Positions 18,143-27,421 of a stretch of 64,000 nt of DNA are shown piece after piece; within the stretch, counting starts at the first letter, position 1; each line of letters starts with the position of its first letter. Under the pieces are notes generated by a model that saw only the letters and a list, made by a program, of their open reading frames with translations, was not told the origin of the DNA and did no database searches. This DNA comes from Patescibacteria group bacterium (lineage in GTDB: Bacteria > Patescibacteriota > UBA1384 > JACPKC01). Position numbers and translations under genes: made by a program. The DNA lies in contig JBMNRW010000001.1 in the NCBI GenBank assembly GCA_050944875.1, forward strand, positions 85,436 to 149,435, read 5' to 3'.

Positions 18143-18402
18143 GCGGTCCTCGCTTTACGGGTCGGTTTGCCGTCGGCGTCGACGCGGAGCACGTTGCTCG
18201 CGTGGACTGCGGCGTTGGTCGTCACGATGCCGCCGTGTGGCTGCTTCGGGGTCGGTTTCGTGTGCTTCTTCACTTCGCCCACGCCCTCAACGACGAGACG
18301 TGATTTCGACGGGAGGACGCGCAGGACCTTGCCGCGCTTCCCCTTGTCCTTGCCGGAGATGACGAGGACGGTGTCGCCGGTTTTGATCTTTAGGGTCGTC
18401 AT
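18139..18402 (-). CDS. rplX: 50S ribosomal protein L24
   Basis: [29 protein letters not shown] motif; start placed just after the rplN stop (ORF extends to 18513). Confidence 0.9.
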   Translation of the reverse strand: MTTLKIKTGDTVLVISGKDKGKRGKVLRVLPSKSRLVVEGVGEVKKHTKPTPKQPHGGIVTTNAAVHASNVLRVDADGKPTRKARTA

Positions 18403-18403
18403 A

Positions 18404-18772
18404 CTACACCACCTCTGGCGCCAAGGAGACAATCTTCTGGTAGCCGCGGCCGCGAATTTCACGGGCAACCGGTCCGAGGACGCGAGTGCCGCGTGGCTGG
18501 CCGGCGTCGTCAATAATCACCACCGCGTTGTCGTCAAAGCGGATCGTCGAGCCGTCAAAGCGCTGAAATGGCGCGCGCTGGCGGACAATGACCGCCTTCA
18601 CGACCTCTTTGCGCTTCACGGTGCCGCGAGGTAGCGCCTCCTTGACGCTCGCGACGATGATATCGCCGAGCTGGGCAGCATCATGGCTGCGTCCGCCAAT
18701 GACCCGGATGCACTGGATAACCTTCGCGCCGGTGTTATCGGCGACATGGAGTCTGGAGTACGGCTGAATCAT
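18404..18772 (-). CDS. rplN: 50S ribosomal protein L14
   Basis: [25 protein letters not shown]14 family. Confidence 0.95.
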   Translation of the reverse strand: MIQPYSRLHVADNTGAKVIQCIRVIGGRSHDAAQLGDIIVASVKEALPRGTVKRKEVVKAVIVRQRAPFQRFDGSTIRFDDNAVVIIDDAGQPRGTRVLGPVAREIRGRGYQKIVSLAPEVV

Positions 18773-19032
18773 GCGAGCTCCTCAACGGTGCTCCCGCGGC
18801 TGACGACTCGCGTCAGCACGTGGCTCTTCCGCTTGCTCACCGGCCGGCACTCCGTGATTTCCACGGTGTCACCGAGGTTGACTGTCATGTCAGTTGGGAC
18901 GTGCACGAGGAACGAGCGCGTCACACGGTACGGCTTCTCGTAGATGGGGTGCCGACGCACGTCTTCGACCCGGACCCGGATGGTCGGGAGGTTGACGTGG
19001 ACGACAGTGCCTGTTTGCGCAGTTCGTGCCAT
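18769..19032 (-). CDS. rpsQ: 30S ribosomal protein S17
   Basis: [33 protein letters not shown]; start placed after the rpmC stop. Confidence 0.9.
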   Translation of the reverse strand: MARTAQTGTVVHVNLPTIRVRVEDVRRHPIYEKPYRVTRSFLVHVPTDMTVNLGDTVEITECRPVSKRKSHVLTRVVSRGSTVEELA

Positions 19033-19034
19033 GG

Positions 19035-19271
19035 TTAGTTCGCTTTCTCTTTCGCACCCTCGGCGTCCCGGGTCAGTTTCTCCCCGAGAACAGTCCAAAG
19101 CTGCGCCAGTTCACGCTTCGCTGTGCGCAGCTCTTTGAGCGCGCTCACGGTACCAAACCCAACGTCGAATCGCAAGGAACGAATCTTCTCGTACCGGGTA
19201 TCGAGCTCCTTTCGGAGCCACGCCGCGTCCTTGTCGCGGATCGTCTTGAGGAAGTCAGTGTGCTTGGCCAT
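19035..19271 (-). CDS. rpmC: 50S ribosomal protein L29
   Basis: LRKELDTRYEKIRSLRFDVGFG, L29 family. Confidence 0.9.
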   Translation of the reverse strand: MAKHTDFLKTIRDKDAAWLRKELDTRYEKIRSLRFDVGFGTVSALKELRTAKRELAQLWTVLGEKLTRDAEGAKEKAN

Positions 19272-19272
19272 A

Positions 19273-19683
19273 TTAGCTCTCCCTCGTCACGAAGCGGGTC
19301 AGGACGGACAGCTTGTGGGCGCCGAGGCGGAGCGCTTCCTTCGCCTGAGCTTCAGTGACGCCGTCCATCTCGAAGATGATGTTGCCTGGGCGGATGACGG
19401 CGACGAAGTGGTCGAGTGCGCCCTTTCCGCTCCCCATCGGCTTTTCTGGTGAGCCGGCAGTGACTGGCTTATCGGGGAAAATGCGGATCCAGACTTTTCC
19501 ACCGCGCTGGATGTAGCGGGTGATTGCTCGCCGCGCAGCTTCGATCTCGCGTGAGCTCATCCAGCCGCGGGTCGTGGCCTTCAGGCCGAACTTTCCGAAC
19601 GCGACGCTGTTGCCGCGCAGGGCGTAGCCGCCGCGCTTGCCGCGGTGCTGCTTCCGGTGCTTGAGTTTCTTCGGCAGTAACAT
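19273..19683 (-). CDS. rplP: 50S ribosomal protein L16
   Basis: [20 protein letters not shown]16 family. Confidence 0.95.
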   Translation of the reverse strand: MLLPKKLKHRKQHRGKRGGYALRGNSVAFGKFGLKATTRGWMSSREIEAARRAITRYIQRGGKVWIRIFPDKPVTAGSPEKPMGSGKGALDHFVAVIRPGNIIFEMDGVTEAQAKEALRLGAHKLSVLTRFVTRES

Positions 19684-19692
19684 GCTCGCTCC

Positions 19693-20427
19693 TTACCGGC
19701 CCTGGCGGTCTTGCGTCGCTGTAGCTGGGGCGACTGGCCGCTCGCCGCGGTAGATCCAGACCTTCACCCCGATCGTGCCGTACGACGCGGTCTTCGCATC
19801 CACGTGCGCGTAGTCAATTTCATTTTTCAGGGTTGAGAGCGGGACGGTCCCTTCAGCGTACTTCTCGCGGCGGGCAATGTCCGAATCGTTCAAGCGACCG
19901 CTCACGGAGATCTTCATCCCCTGGGCGCCGCGCTGCATCGTCTTCTCGATGGCCTGGCGAACGGCGCGTCGGTACGGGAACCGGTTCTCAATCTGGCTCG
20001 CAATCGTCTGGGCGACGAGCATCGCGTAGAGTTCCGGCGCCTTGATCTCGACGATCTCAATCTTTAAGCCGGCCGGGAGCGACTTCTTCCGCTCGTTCTC
20101 GCTCCGGACGTACTGTCGGAGGTTCTTGTCTCGGAACGATTGCAGCGTGCGCGCCATTTTCTCGCGCATCGCCTTAATGCCAGCGCCGCCGCGACCAATC
20201 ACCACGCCCGGCTTCGCCGTGTGGATGATAATCTTGACGTCCTGCGGGCTTCGCTCGATCTCGACACGCTCGATCGCCGCGTTCTTGCCGTACGTCACGT
20301 CGATCAGGCTGCGGATCGCCGCGTCCTCAATGACGTTGTACGCGATCATATGGTTCGCGAACCACTTCGAGCGCCAGTTCTTCGTGAGCGGCAGGCGGTT
20401 CGAGATAGGGTTGGTCTTGTGGGTCAT
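19693..20427 (-). CDS. rpsC: 30S ribosomal protein S3
   Basis: KH domain and S3 C-terminal domain (GRGGAGIKAMRE). Confidence 0.95.
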   Translation of the reverse strand: MTHKTNPISNRLPLTKNWRSKWFANHMIAYNVIEDAAIRSLIDVTYGKNAAIERVEIERSPQDVKIIIHTAKPGVVIGRGGAGIKAMREKMARTLQSFRDKNLRQYVRSENERKKSLPAGLKIEIVEIKAPELYAMLVAQTIASQIENRFPYRRAVRQAIEKTMQRGAQGMKISVSGRLNDSDIARREKYAEGTVPLSTLKNEIDYAHVDAKTASYGTIGVKVWIYRGERPVAPATATQDRQGR

Positions 20428-20885
20428 GCCTGCTCCTTCTTCGTCGTGCGGCGCTTCGGGGTCGCGGCAGCCGTCTGCTCGGTCTTCGGTGTCTCAGCCT
20501 TCGCTTCGGCAGCCTTGGGCTCAGCCTTTGGCGCTGGAGCCTTTGGTGTCACGATCGGCTCAACCGAGAGCGTCAGGTGCGACCCGCGCTTCGCGAACCG
20601 GCCAGCCCGGCCCTTGCTCTTCCGGCGGGTGCGGTAGAGCCGCATCGCGTCGTTGCAGAATACCTCGGCCACCCGGAGGTCGGTGCCCTTGAGGTTTGGG
20701 TTCTTGTCTTGCGCCGCAGAGATTGAGGCGCGCAAGAGCTTGCGGAGCGGTTCAGCCGTAAGGCGTGGTGAGGCGTCGAGGCGAGCAATCGCGTTCGCAA
20801 CGACCGCGCCGCGGACATGGTGTAGTACCGCGCGGAGCTTGCGCGGAGGAATCGGGAGTCGGTTGTAGTGGACGGTAACGCGCAT
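20424..20885 (-). CDS. rplV: 50S ribosomal protein L22 with Ala/Pro/Lys-rich C-terminal extension
   Basis: L22 core plus ~45-aa low-complexity tail. Confidence 0.9.
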   Translation of the reverse strand: MRVTVHYNRLPIPPRKLRAVLHHVRGAVVANAIARLDASPRLTAEPLRKLLRASISAAQDKNPNLKGTDLRVAEVFCNDAMRLYRTRRKSKGRAGRFAKRGSHLTLSVEPIVTPKAPAPKAEPKAAEAKAETPKTEQTAAATPKRRTTKKEQA

Positions 20886-20893
20886 ACGTGTCC

Positions 20894-21172
20894 TTACTTC
20901 GCCGGCTCAGCAGCGGCTTTGCCACCGTGGCGTCGGAACTTCCGTGTCGGCGAGAACTCGCCGAGCTTGTGCCCGACCATATCCTCGACAACGAGGACGC
21001 TGATGAAGTCGCGGCCGTTGTGGACCTGGAACGTGAGACCCACCATCTCTGGTGTGATCGTCGACGAGCGTGCCCACGTCTTGATCGGCGACGGCTTTGA
21101 ACGGTCGGCCTGCTCCACCTTCTTCATGAGTTTCGGGTCTACGAACGGACCTTTTTTCAGTGATCGGCTCAT
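20894..21172 (-). CDS. rpsS: 30S ribosomal protein S19
   Basis: [20 protein letters not shown]19 family. Confidence 0.95.
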   Translation of the reverse strand: MSRSLKKGPFVDPKLMKKVEQADRSKPSPIKTWARSSTITPEMVGLTFQVHNGRDFISVLVVEDMVGHKLGEFSPTRKFRRHGGKAAAEPAK

Positions 21173-21177
21173 GGCTC

Positions 21178-22023
21178 CTACTTCCTGCGCCCGCTGTGGC
21201 GGCTATGGACGATGTAGACGTTCGTCCGTCGGTTCTTTCGCGTCTTGTACCCAAGCGCCGGCTTACCCCATGGGGTTTTCGGGTGCTTGAGACCGATCGG
21301 CGAGTGGCCTTCACCACCACCGTGCGGGTGGTCATTCGGGTTCATCGACTTCCCGAGCACTTCTGGTCGGCGGCCCATGTGGCGCTTACGACCAGCCTTC
21401 CCGATTACGACAGACGAGTGCTCTGGGTTCGAGACCGTGCCGAGCGAAGCGTACGCAGTCGTGAGGACGCGTCGGACTTCGCCACTCGGGAGCTTAACCT
21501 GGGCGTAGCGGCCGTCATCCTCATGGGCGACGAGCGTGGCGTGTGTGCCGGCGGATCGGACCATCTGGCCTTTGCGATTCGGGTCGATCGCGATCTCGTA
21601 GATCGTGAAGCCGCGAGGGATGTTCTTCAGCGGAAGGCGGTTGCCGGGTTCGAGCAGGGCTTCAGCGCCGTGCTCCAGCACCTGACCAACCTTCATCTCC
21701 TGGCCAGCAAGAATGTACGCCTTCGTGCCGTCTTCGTAGCTTACGAGGGCGATGTTCGCGCTGCGGTTCGGGTCGTACTCAAGCGCAATGATCGTGGCGG
21801 TCGCTGACGTGCCCCGCTCGAGCGTGGAGATGATACGGTACTTGCGCTTGTTGCCGCCGCCCCGGTGGCGGATAGAGATGTGGCCAAACCGGTCACGACC
21901 GGCGTGCTTCTTGAGCGCCTCGGTGAGGGATTTCTCCGGCCGCTTCTTCGTGAGATGCGTCTGCTTGTTGACGGTCATCCCACGCTGGCCAGGGGTAGTC
22001 GACTTGCGTTCAATGATAGGCAT
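21178..22023 (-). CDS. rplB: 50S ribosomal protein L2
   Basis: L2 signature region and HPHGGGEG motif. Confidence 0.95.
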   Translation of the reverse strand: MPIIERKSTTPGQRGMTVNKQTHLTKKRPEKSLTEALKKHAGRDRFGHISIRHRGGGNKRKYRIISTLERGTSATATIIALEYDPNRSANIALVSYEDGTKAYILAGQEMKVGQVLEHGAEALLEPGNRLPLKNIPRGFTIYEIAIDPNRKGQMVRSAGTHATLVAHEDDGRYAQVKLPSGEVRRVLTTAYASLGTVSNPEHSSVVIGKAGRKRHMGRRPEVLGKSMNPNDHPHGGGEGHSPIGLKHPKTPWGKPALGYKTRKNRRTNVYIVHSRHSGRRK

Positions 22024-22025
22024 GG

Positions 22026-22361
22026 CTACTTCTTCTCCACTGCGTCGTGCGCGTGGTCGTGCTCATGGGTGTGGTCGTGGTCGTCCGCGGTCGGGACAGA
22101 GAGCTCGAAACCCGCGATCTTCTCGCCGGCCTTGAGGCGGACAATTGCCTTCGCTCGCTCCTGCGTGGCGCCGCGGCGCTTCGGCTTACTCGGACGCTTC
22201 GCGATGTTCACGTCTTCGACAGTCACCTTGTACGCCTGGCGGACTGCCTGGGCGATACCGAGCTTCGTCGCCCAGCGTGGGACGATGAAGGTGTACACGC
22301 CGCCTTCGGCGGACCGGAGCGACTTCTCGGTCACGAGTGGGAGGAGGGAGATTGTTCTCAT
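22026..22361 (-). CDS. rplW: 50S ribosomal protein L23 with His/Asp-rich C-terminal tail
   Basis: MRTISLLPLVTEKSLRS...; start placed after the rplD stop; C-terminus ...ADDHDHTHEHDHAHDAVEKK. Confidence 0.9.
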   Translation of the reverse strand: MRTISLLPLVTEKSLRSAEGGVYTFIVPRWATKLGIAQAVRQAYKVTVEDVNIAKRPSKPKRRGATQERAKAIVRLKAGEKIAGFELSVPTADDHDHTHEHDHAHDAVEKK

Positions 22362-23011
22362 TTCGCCGCCTTTGGCGCTGGGTTCTTCGCTGCTTTCGGA
22401 GCTGCCGGCTTCACGCCAATCCGATTCGCGAGCACGGTCCATGCGGCATCGTCAGCGACGATTTGCCCGGCACGGAGGATGTCACGGACGGTAGCGCGGT
22501 GCGCCGATTGGACGGTCACGCCCTCGAGGTTCTGGCTAGCGCGCGCGAGGAGCGGGGCGCTCATCTCACCGTGGAGGATGAGGAGTTGCTTCGCCGTAAT
22601 TACATCGTCCCGGAGCGCGTCGATCACCGACTTCGCTTTGCCGTCGGTTGGCCAGGCGTTCACCGTGAAGAGGCGCTTTGTCGCCGCGGCGTCAGCGAGC
22701 GCCGCTTTGAGCACTGCCTGCTTCGTGCGCTCGTTCACTGCTTGGGTGTAGTTCCGCTCTTTCTTCGGGCCGTGGGCAACGCCACCGGTCCGCCAGACAG
22801 GGTTACGTGACGAACCAACGCGGGCGTGTCCAGTACCCTTCTGTCGCCAGGGCTTCTTGCCGCCACCGCGGATGTCGCCGCGGGTGAGCGTGTGCGAACG
22901 GGCAACGCGCTCGTTCGCCTCGTACGCCTTCACGACGAGCGCGACAGCGACCGGCGAGACGTCGGTCGTGCCGACGAGTGCATCGAACTGCGTGGCCTGG
23001 GTGACGCTCAT
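22358..23011 (-). CDS. rplD: 50S ribosomal protein L4
   Basis: GGGKKPWRQKGTGHAR, L4 family. Confidence 0.95.
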   Translation of the reverse strand: MSVTQATQFDALVGTTDVSPVAVALVVKAYEANERVARSHTLTRGDIRGGGKKPWRQKGTGHARVGSSRNPVWRTGGVAHGPKKERNYTQAVNERTKQAVLKAALADAAATKRLFTVNAWPTDGKAKSVIDALRDDVITAKQLLILHGEMSAPLLARASQNLEGVTVQSAHRATVRDILRAGQIVADDAAWTVLANRIGVKPAAPKAAKNPAPKAAK

Positions 23012-23649
23012 GCTACCTCACCTTCTAGGTGGCGCGGCGAAATCGAGAGTTCGACGAGCGCACCCTTAATGCCTGGTACGGCGCCCTTGATCACGAGGAG
23101 GTGGTCCGAGGCAATGACGTCGAGCACCTCGAGGTGCTTCACCGTCACGCGCTCGTCACCCATGTGGCCAGCCATACGCTTGCCAGGAATGACGCGCTGC
23201 GGCTGCTGCGCACCGATCGAGCCCGGCCGGTTCACGTTCATCGAGCCGTGGCTCCGTGGCCCCTGGGCGAAGTTGTGTCGCTTCACTGTACCAGTGAACC
23301 CGTGCCCCTTGCTCGTCGCAACGGCGTTCACGATGTCGCCGCGCTTGAACACGTCCACCGTGATCTCGCTGCCGAGCTCTGGGAGCGTGGCAGCGGTGTC
23401 GGCAGGGCGAACCTCACGAAAGACATGGCCGGTCTCGGTCTTTGCCTTCTTCGCGTGGCCCTGCTGCGGCTTCTTCGCCTTCGTGGCGTCGCCAAAGCCG
23501 ACCTGTACGGCGACGTAGCCGTCCGTGTCGGTCGTCTTCACCTGCGTGACCACGTTGGGCGTGGCCTGGATAACGGTCGCACTGACGAGGTTACCCTCGC
23601 GGTCGAGCGCGCGCGTCATCCCAACTTTTCGTCCGAGTATGAACTGCAT
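23008..23649 (-). CDS. rplC: 50S ribosomal protein L3
   Basis: MQFILGRKVGMTRALDREGN, L3 family; separated from rpsJ by a 3.4-kb insertion. Confidence 0.95.
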   Translation of the reverse strand: MQFILGRKVGMTRALDREGNLVSATVIQATPNVVTQVKTTDTDGYVAVQVGFGDATKAKKPQQGHAKKAKTETGHVFREVRPADTAATLPELGSEITVDVFKRGDIVNAVATSKGHGFTGTVKRHNFAQGPRSHGSMNVNRPGSIGAQQPQRVIPGKRMAGHMGDERVTVKHLEVLDVIASDHLLVIKGAVPGIKGALVELSISPRHLEGEVA

Positions 23650-23808
23650 ACACCCTCATTTATGGGCACGTACGAAAAAGGGCCGGGATCTGTCCACCTT
23701 GGGCGGCGATTTCCCGACTCACCCTGCTCGCACTGTTAGGGGTTCGCTGAACTTCTTGGGGCAGTGTACGTGTTTAGAGACACCTTGTCAACGGCTACGT
23801 GCCGGCGG

Positions 23809-23837
23809 TTGACCAGAGTGGCACTACCCGTTACGGT
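23809..23837 (+). promoter_or_regulatory. candidate sigma70-type promoter for dut (TTGACC-N17-TACGGT)
   Basis: -35 TTGACC (23809-23814), 17-nt spacer, -10 TACGGT (23832-23837), ~50 nt upstream of the SD/ATG. Confidence 0.3.
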
Positions 23838-23886
23838 CGCACCGAGCTTTGCCCTTTTCCATTTTCTCGATTGGAGAACACCAATA

Positions 23887-24579
23887 ATGGAGAGTCTTTC
23901 GGTAGCAACGCAATCGACCCCGCGTTCTAACACTCCGCCGTACCCGCCGATCCGCGTCTTTCTCCTGCCAGGCGGCATGTTGCCGCAACGGATGAGCGCC
24001 GGAGCTGCCGGGTTTGATGTCTACGTCCGGGCAGTAGTGTCGGCAACGGGACTCGACGGGGAAGGACGGTTTCGCAGAACGCTCTTCGACTTCGAATCGC
24101 TGCGGGATCCGAACGTGGATCTGTACACGTACTACCGGGTAATTCGGAAACCGGACGGTTCGCTTGCGTATCGGCTCAATGCGGGTGAGCGCGTGACGCT
24201 CGGCATCGGCTTCGCCACGGAGTTTCCCTCCCCTGAGTTCTTCTGGGTGTCGCCGCGCTCCGGCCTGGCGTCGAAGCAAGGGGTTACGATTGGCAACGCG
24301 CCTGGGACGATTGACGCCGACTATCGGGGCGAAGCATGCGTCGTCCTTATTAACGGCAATGTACCGTCGCCACACGCTAACCTACCCTACGTCCGCAGTC
24401 GTGGTACCCGGATTGATTTCGCATTCGACATCACGCGAGGGATGCGGGTTGCGCAAGCGCTCTTTGGACGAGCTGGCGTTCCTGAGCTCCAGCTCGTTGA
24501 GCACTACGATGCGCTCACAGCAAGTGAACGTGGTTCCGGCGGCCTGGGTTCGACCGGACTCATTGATCATTGCGAGTAG
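23887..24579 (+). CDS. dut: divergent dUTP diphosphatase (all five dUTPase motifs, with insertions)
   Basis: Motif I AGFDV, II PRSG, III GTIDADYRGE, IV RVAQAL, V ERGSGGLGSTG; ~55-aa insertion between motifs I and II and ~12 aa between III and IV; start at ATG 23887 with GGAGAA SD (ORF track starts earlier at 23764). Confidence 0.7.
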   Translation: MESLSVATQSTPRSNTPPYPPIRVFLLPGGMLPQRMSAGAAGFDVYVRAVVSATGLDGEGRFRRTLFDFESLRDPNVDLYTYYRVIRKPDGSLAYRLNAGERVTLGIGFATEFPSPEFFWVSPRSGLASKQGVTIGNAPGTIDADYRGEACVVLINGNVPSPHANLPYVRSRGTRIDFAFDITRGMRVAQALFGRAGVPELQLVEHYDALTASERGSGGLGSTGLIDHCE

Positions 24580-24610
24580 CGACAAGTGAAGGCAGTAAAC
24601 GCAGCAATTT

Positions 24611-24638
24611 GACGGCGCGAAAGCGCCGTCTTCTTTTA
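24611..24638. terminator. terminator shared by convergent dut and TerC-like gene
   Basis: GACGGCGC-GAAA-GCGCCGTC hairpin followed by TTCTTTTAT on plus. Confidence 0.6.
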
Positions 24639-25562
24639 TGTAAGAGCAGGTGTTCGGGCCTGCTCCCGAACCGACCGCCAGAAGAAGTAGCTAATGATAA
24701 GAATCGTGACAATCGGCGAGAACCAGTGTGGTACGTGAACACCGAACGCATCGGCGAGCATGACGCCGCCAAGGACGAGCACGGAGTACATAGCTCCGTT
24801 CTTTAAGTACGCGTACCGCTTAATGCGCTCTACGTTGCCGACCGTAAGCTGGCGTACAACGATTGCGCCAATGCCATTACCAAGGAGGATGAGTGGCACA
24901 GAGAGCGTAAATGCGAATGCGCCCAGTACGCCGTCAATGGAAAACGTCGCGTCGATCGCTTCGAGACACAAGATTTTCGACAGGTCTGACAGATGGCCCG
25001 TTCCCGCTACGAGGTCTGCCTCTGCTCTCTCCGCCTGCGCTTTGAAGCCATGGGTAATGAAGAAGGCAGTGGAGCCGACGACGGCGCCGAATGCGAGGAG
25101 TGGATCCACTCGGAGCGCAAACCAGACAAGCGCAGAGAGGAGGATTGACACGACGGCGTAGAACCAAATACCTGTTCGCTGGAACAGTCGCTCGTGGCGG
25201 AGGCCAAAGTTCTTCTGCTCCAAGAAGAGCCAGTGGAAGAAGAGGAAGACGAGGAACGTCCCGCCGCCGGCGAGGAGGACGGGCGCAGCGGCCTCGATCG
25301 CCTCAATGACGTGCGGGTCGTTTGAGAAGGTCGCAGTTATCGCTTCGATCGGTCCAAGGCCAGGCGTGGCGAGTCAGACGATCAGCCATGGCAAGAGGCC
25401 GCGGATCAAGAAGACCGCAATGAGTATGCCCCAGACAAGAAACCAGCGCCGAGCCTTTTCCTTCATTGTAGAGAGTACTTCGGCGTTGATGATCGCGTTG
25501 TCGATACTCGAGACGGTCTCGAAGAGTCCGAGTACAATGAGTAGAGAGGACCAAATATCCAT
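24636..25562 (-). pseudogene. TerC-family integral membrane protein interrupted by an in-frame TGA (pseudogene, sequencing error or readthrough)
   Basis: N-terminal part (ATG 25560-25562, MDIWSSLLIVLGLFETVSSIDNAIINA) carries TerC motif 1; after TGA at 25374-25376 the same frame continues without ATG/GTG through motif 2 (LEAIDATFSIDGVLGAFAFT) to the stop at 24636. The ORF track's upstream extension (MAWKRSLVRIQYGPP) is the translated tRNA-Ala. Confidence 0.65.
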
Positions 25563-25589
25563 GGCGCAAGCGTAACGCGCGCAGTACAA

Positions 25590-25612
25590 CAAAATAACGC
25601 CGGGCGGCGTTG
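25590..25612 (-). terminator. terminator downstream of tRNA-Ala
   Basis: Minus strand AACGCC-GCCC-GGCGTT followed by ATTTTGTTG. Confidence 0.45.
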
Positions 25613-25628
25613 TTCGGTAGGTATGCAG

Positions 25629-25704
25629 TGGTGGACCGTACTGGATTCGAACCAGCGACCTCTTCCATGCCATGGAAGCGCTCTACCAACTGAGCTAACG
25701 GCCC
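25629..25704 (-). tRNA. tRNA-Ala (anticodon GGC)
   Basis: GGGCCGTTAGCTCAGTTGGTAGAGCGCTTCCATGGCATGGAAGAGGTCGCTGGTTCGAATCCAGTACGGTCCACCA: cloverleaf with G3:U70, A73, anticodon loop AU-GGC-AU, encoded CCA. Confidence 0.9.
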
Positions 25705-25762
25705 AAGTGCGCGTGACGTCGGTATTCTACCCTGGAGGTCGACGGAGAGCAAGACTGCGGGT

Positions 25763-26266
25763 ATGCTTGACCTTGTGACTATAGCGCTTATTCTCCACAT
25801 TATCGGTGCGGTACTCGGCGTAGGCGGCGCAACATACAACGACCTCCTGCTGGTGCGTGCAATCGGCGACCGTGAGCTTGGGCCGGCGTACCAGAAGAAC
25901 GCCGCAGCATTCTCACTTGTCATCTGGACGGCGATCGCGCTCCTCGTCGCGACGGGACTATTCTTCGTCGTCAATGACACCTCGCTGCTGGCGAACCAAA
26001 AGTTCCTGACAAAGCTCAGCCTCGTCGTGCTTCTCGTCGTGAACGGCGGACTCATGAATTCGCTGTTTCAGCCGCCACTCGAGCGACTTCGCGCCATCGA
26101 CTGGGCCGAACGAACACCCGCGCTCTGCCGACTCGTCCGAGGCGCACTCCCCTTCGCGAGCATCTCCATTGTGACGTGGTACACCGTGCTGATTTTCGGA
26201 GCGCAGGCACGCAGCCGTGGACGACAGCACAGATTCTTCCTTGGTACGTCGGCGCTATCGTGGTAA
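25763..26266 (+). CDS. hypothetical integral membrane protein (4 TM)
   Basis: 167-aa ORF with four hydrophobic helices; no recognisable family. Confidence 0.5.
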   Translation: MLDLVTIALILHIIGAVLGVGGATYNDLLLVRAIGDRELGPAYQKNAAAFSLVIWTAIALLVATGLFFVVNDTSLLANQKFLTKLSLVVLLVVNGGLMNSLFQPPLERLRAIDWAERTPALCRLVRGALPFASISIVTWYTVLIFGAQARSRGRQHRFFLGTSALSW

Positions 26267-26400
26267 ACTACCTCGTCGCGCTCTTCGTACTCGAACAGCG
26301 CCTCGGCGCGGTCCGCTAGCGATCGCGCTCTTGCTTCATACCTGTTCTCCAGGTACGTTTTCTATACTCTTTTCAAACCCGAATGCCGGAGGATAGCTGT

Positions 26401-26994
26401 ATGCAACGCGGACACGCAATCCGACCCCTCGAGCGCGCTGAGGACAGTCAGGAACCCTGGGTGTTCCTCGCGGGCCCGATTCAGGGCGCGGCCGACTGGC
26501 AGGCCCAGGCGATCGAGCTCCTGCACGCAATTGACCCAGTGCTCAACATCGCGAACCCGCGCTCAGCTGAACCATTTCACGGGAACTGGCGCGCGCAGGT
26601 GCACTGGGAATCATACTACCTTCGACTCGCCGCTTTGACCGGCTGTATACTCTTCTGGGGCGCGGAAGAGCAGAAACACACCTGCAATCGTGCGTACGCA
26701 CAGACGACGAGATTCGAACTCGGTGAGTGGTTCGCCCTTCATCAGTTCCTCCACTGCCAAGTCGTGATTGGTTGCCACACAAGATTTACCGGTATGCGTT
26801 ATCTGTGTGAGCGGTACTTCTTCACACCAACCGAATCGGTTCGCGTCCACCATAACCTCGAGGCCGTCTGCACTGAGGCTGCCGCCCGGGCGCGAATGCA
26901 CACTGAGCGCGGCACACGTCGGGAAAGCGCATTTAAGGACTCGCCGCTCAATCTCAATTACTACAGGCAATTTCTCGAAAACTTGCTTTCGTAA
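26401..26994 (+). CDS. nucleoside 2-deoxyribosyltransferase / DNPH1 (Rcl)-like protein
   Basis: WVFLAGPIQGAADW resembles the N-terminal YF(A/C)G(P/S) nucleotide-binding motif and TTRFELGEW the catalytic xELG motif of the NDT/DNPH1 fold; start at the second ATG (GGAGGA SD). Confidence 0.45.
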   Translation: MQRGHAIRPLERAEDSQEPWVFLAGPIQGAADWQAQAIELLHAIDPVLNIANPRSAEPFHGNWRAQVHWESYYLRLAALTGCILFWGAEEQKHTCNRAYAQTTRFELGEWFALHQFLHCQVVIGCHTRFTGMRYLCERYFFTPTESVRVHHNLEAVCTEAAARARMHTERGTRRESAFKDSPLNLNYYRQFLENLLS

Positions 26995-27001
26995 AACAAA
27001 T

Positions 27002-27033
27002 AAAAGAGCGGACCCCATTCGGGATCCGCTCTT
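27002..27033. terminator. strong rho-independent terminator after rpsJ (minus) and the NDT-like gene (plus)
   Basis: AAGAGCGGACCCCATTCGGGATCCGCTCTT hairpin; on minus followed by TTTATTTGTTTT. Confidence 0.7.
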
Positions 27034-27051
27034 CTTCTGTACCAAGCCGAG

Positions 27052-27387
27052 TTAGCCAGTCTTCACTTCGACGTCGACGCCAGCCGGAAGGTCGAGGCTC
27101 ATGAGTGCGTCAATCGTTTTCGAGGTCGGCGAGAGCACGTCGATGAGTCGCTTATGAATCCGCTGCTCGAACTGCTCGCGTGCGTCCTTGTGCTTGAAGG
27201 TGGAACGGAGCACCGTCACCTTCTTCACTTCCGTCGGGAGCGGGATCGGCCCGTTCACGGTTGCGCCCGTGCGCTTCGTCGTATCGAGGATCTTCCGTGC
27301 CGACTGGTCGATGACGCGGTAGTCGTACGCCTTGAGGCGGATGCGGATCCGCTGCGAGGCTGAAGTTGGAGTGCTCTTCGCTGACAT
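27052..27387 (-). CDS. rpsJ: 30S ribosomal protein S10
   Basis: [23 protein letters not shown]10 family. Confidence 0.95.
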   Translation of the reverse strand: MSAKSTPTSASQRIRIRLKAYDYRVIDQSARKILDTTKRTGATVNGPIPLPTEVKKVTVLRSTFKHKDAREQFEQRIHKRLIDVLSPTSKTIDALMSLDLPAGVDVEVKTG

Positions 27388-27421
27388 AAGGTGCTAGCTC
27401 GCTTGCTCTGCTGGTACTTGG

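Noticed and set aside
25374-25376. Possibility that TGA is reassigned genome-wide (genetic code 25/4) or encodes selenocysteine
   Set aside because: Other genes in the window plainly use TGA as a terminator, often in ATGA coupling overlaps (pheS/membrane gene, rplF/rpsH, cdaA/cdaR). No SECIS-like hairpin was seen, and TerC proteins are not selenoproteins.
25303-26055. 250-aa minus-strand ORF spanning the tRNA-Ala region
   Set aside because: Its translation contains GPLAQLVERFHGMEEVAGSNPV, the classic result of translating a tRNA gene. It overlaps a well-formed tRNA-Ala and the real plus-strand membrane gene.
23650-27051. Island between rplC and rpsJ as an active mobile element or prophage
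   Set aside because: No integrase, transposase, recombinase or flanking direct repeats were found. tRNA-Ala is internal rather than at a border.
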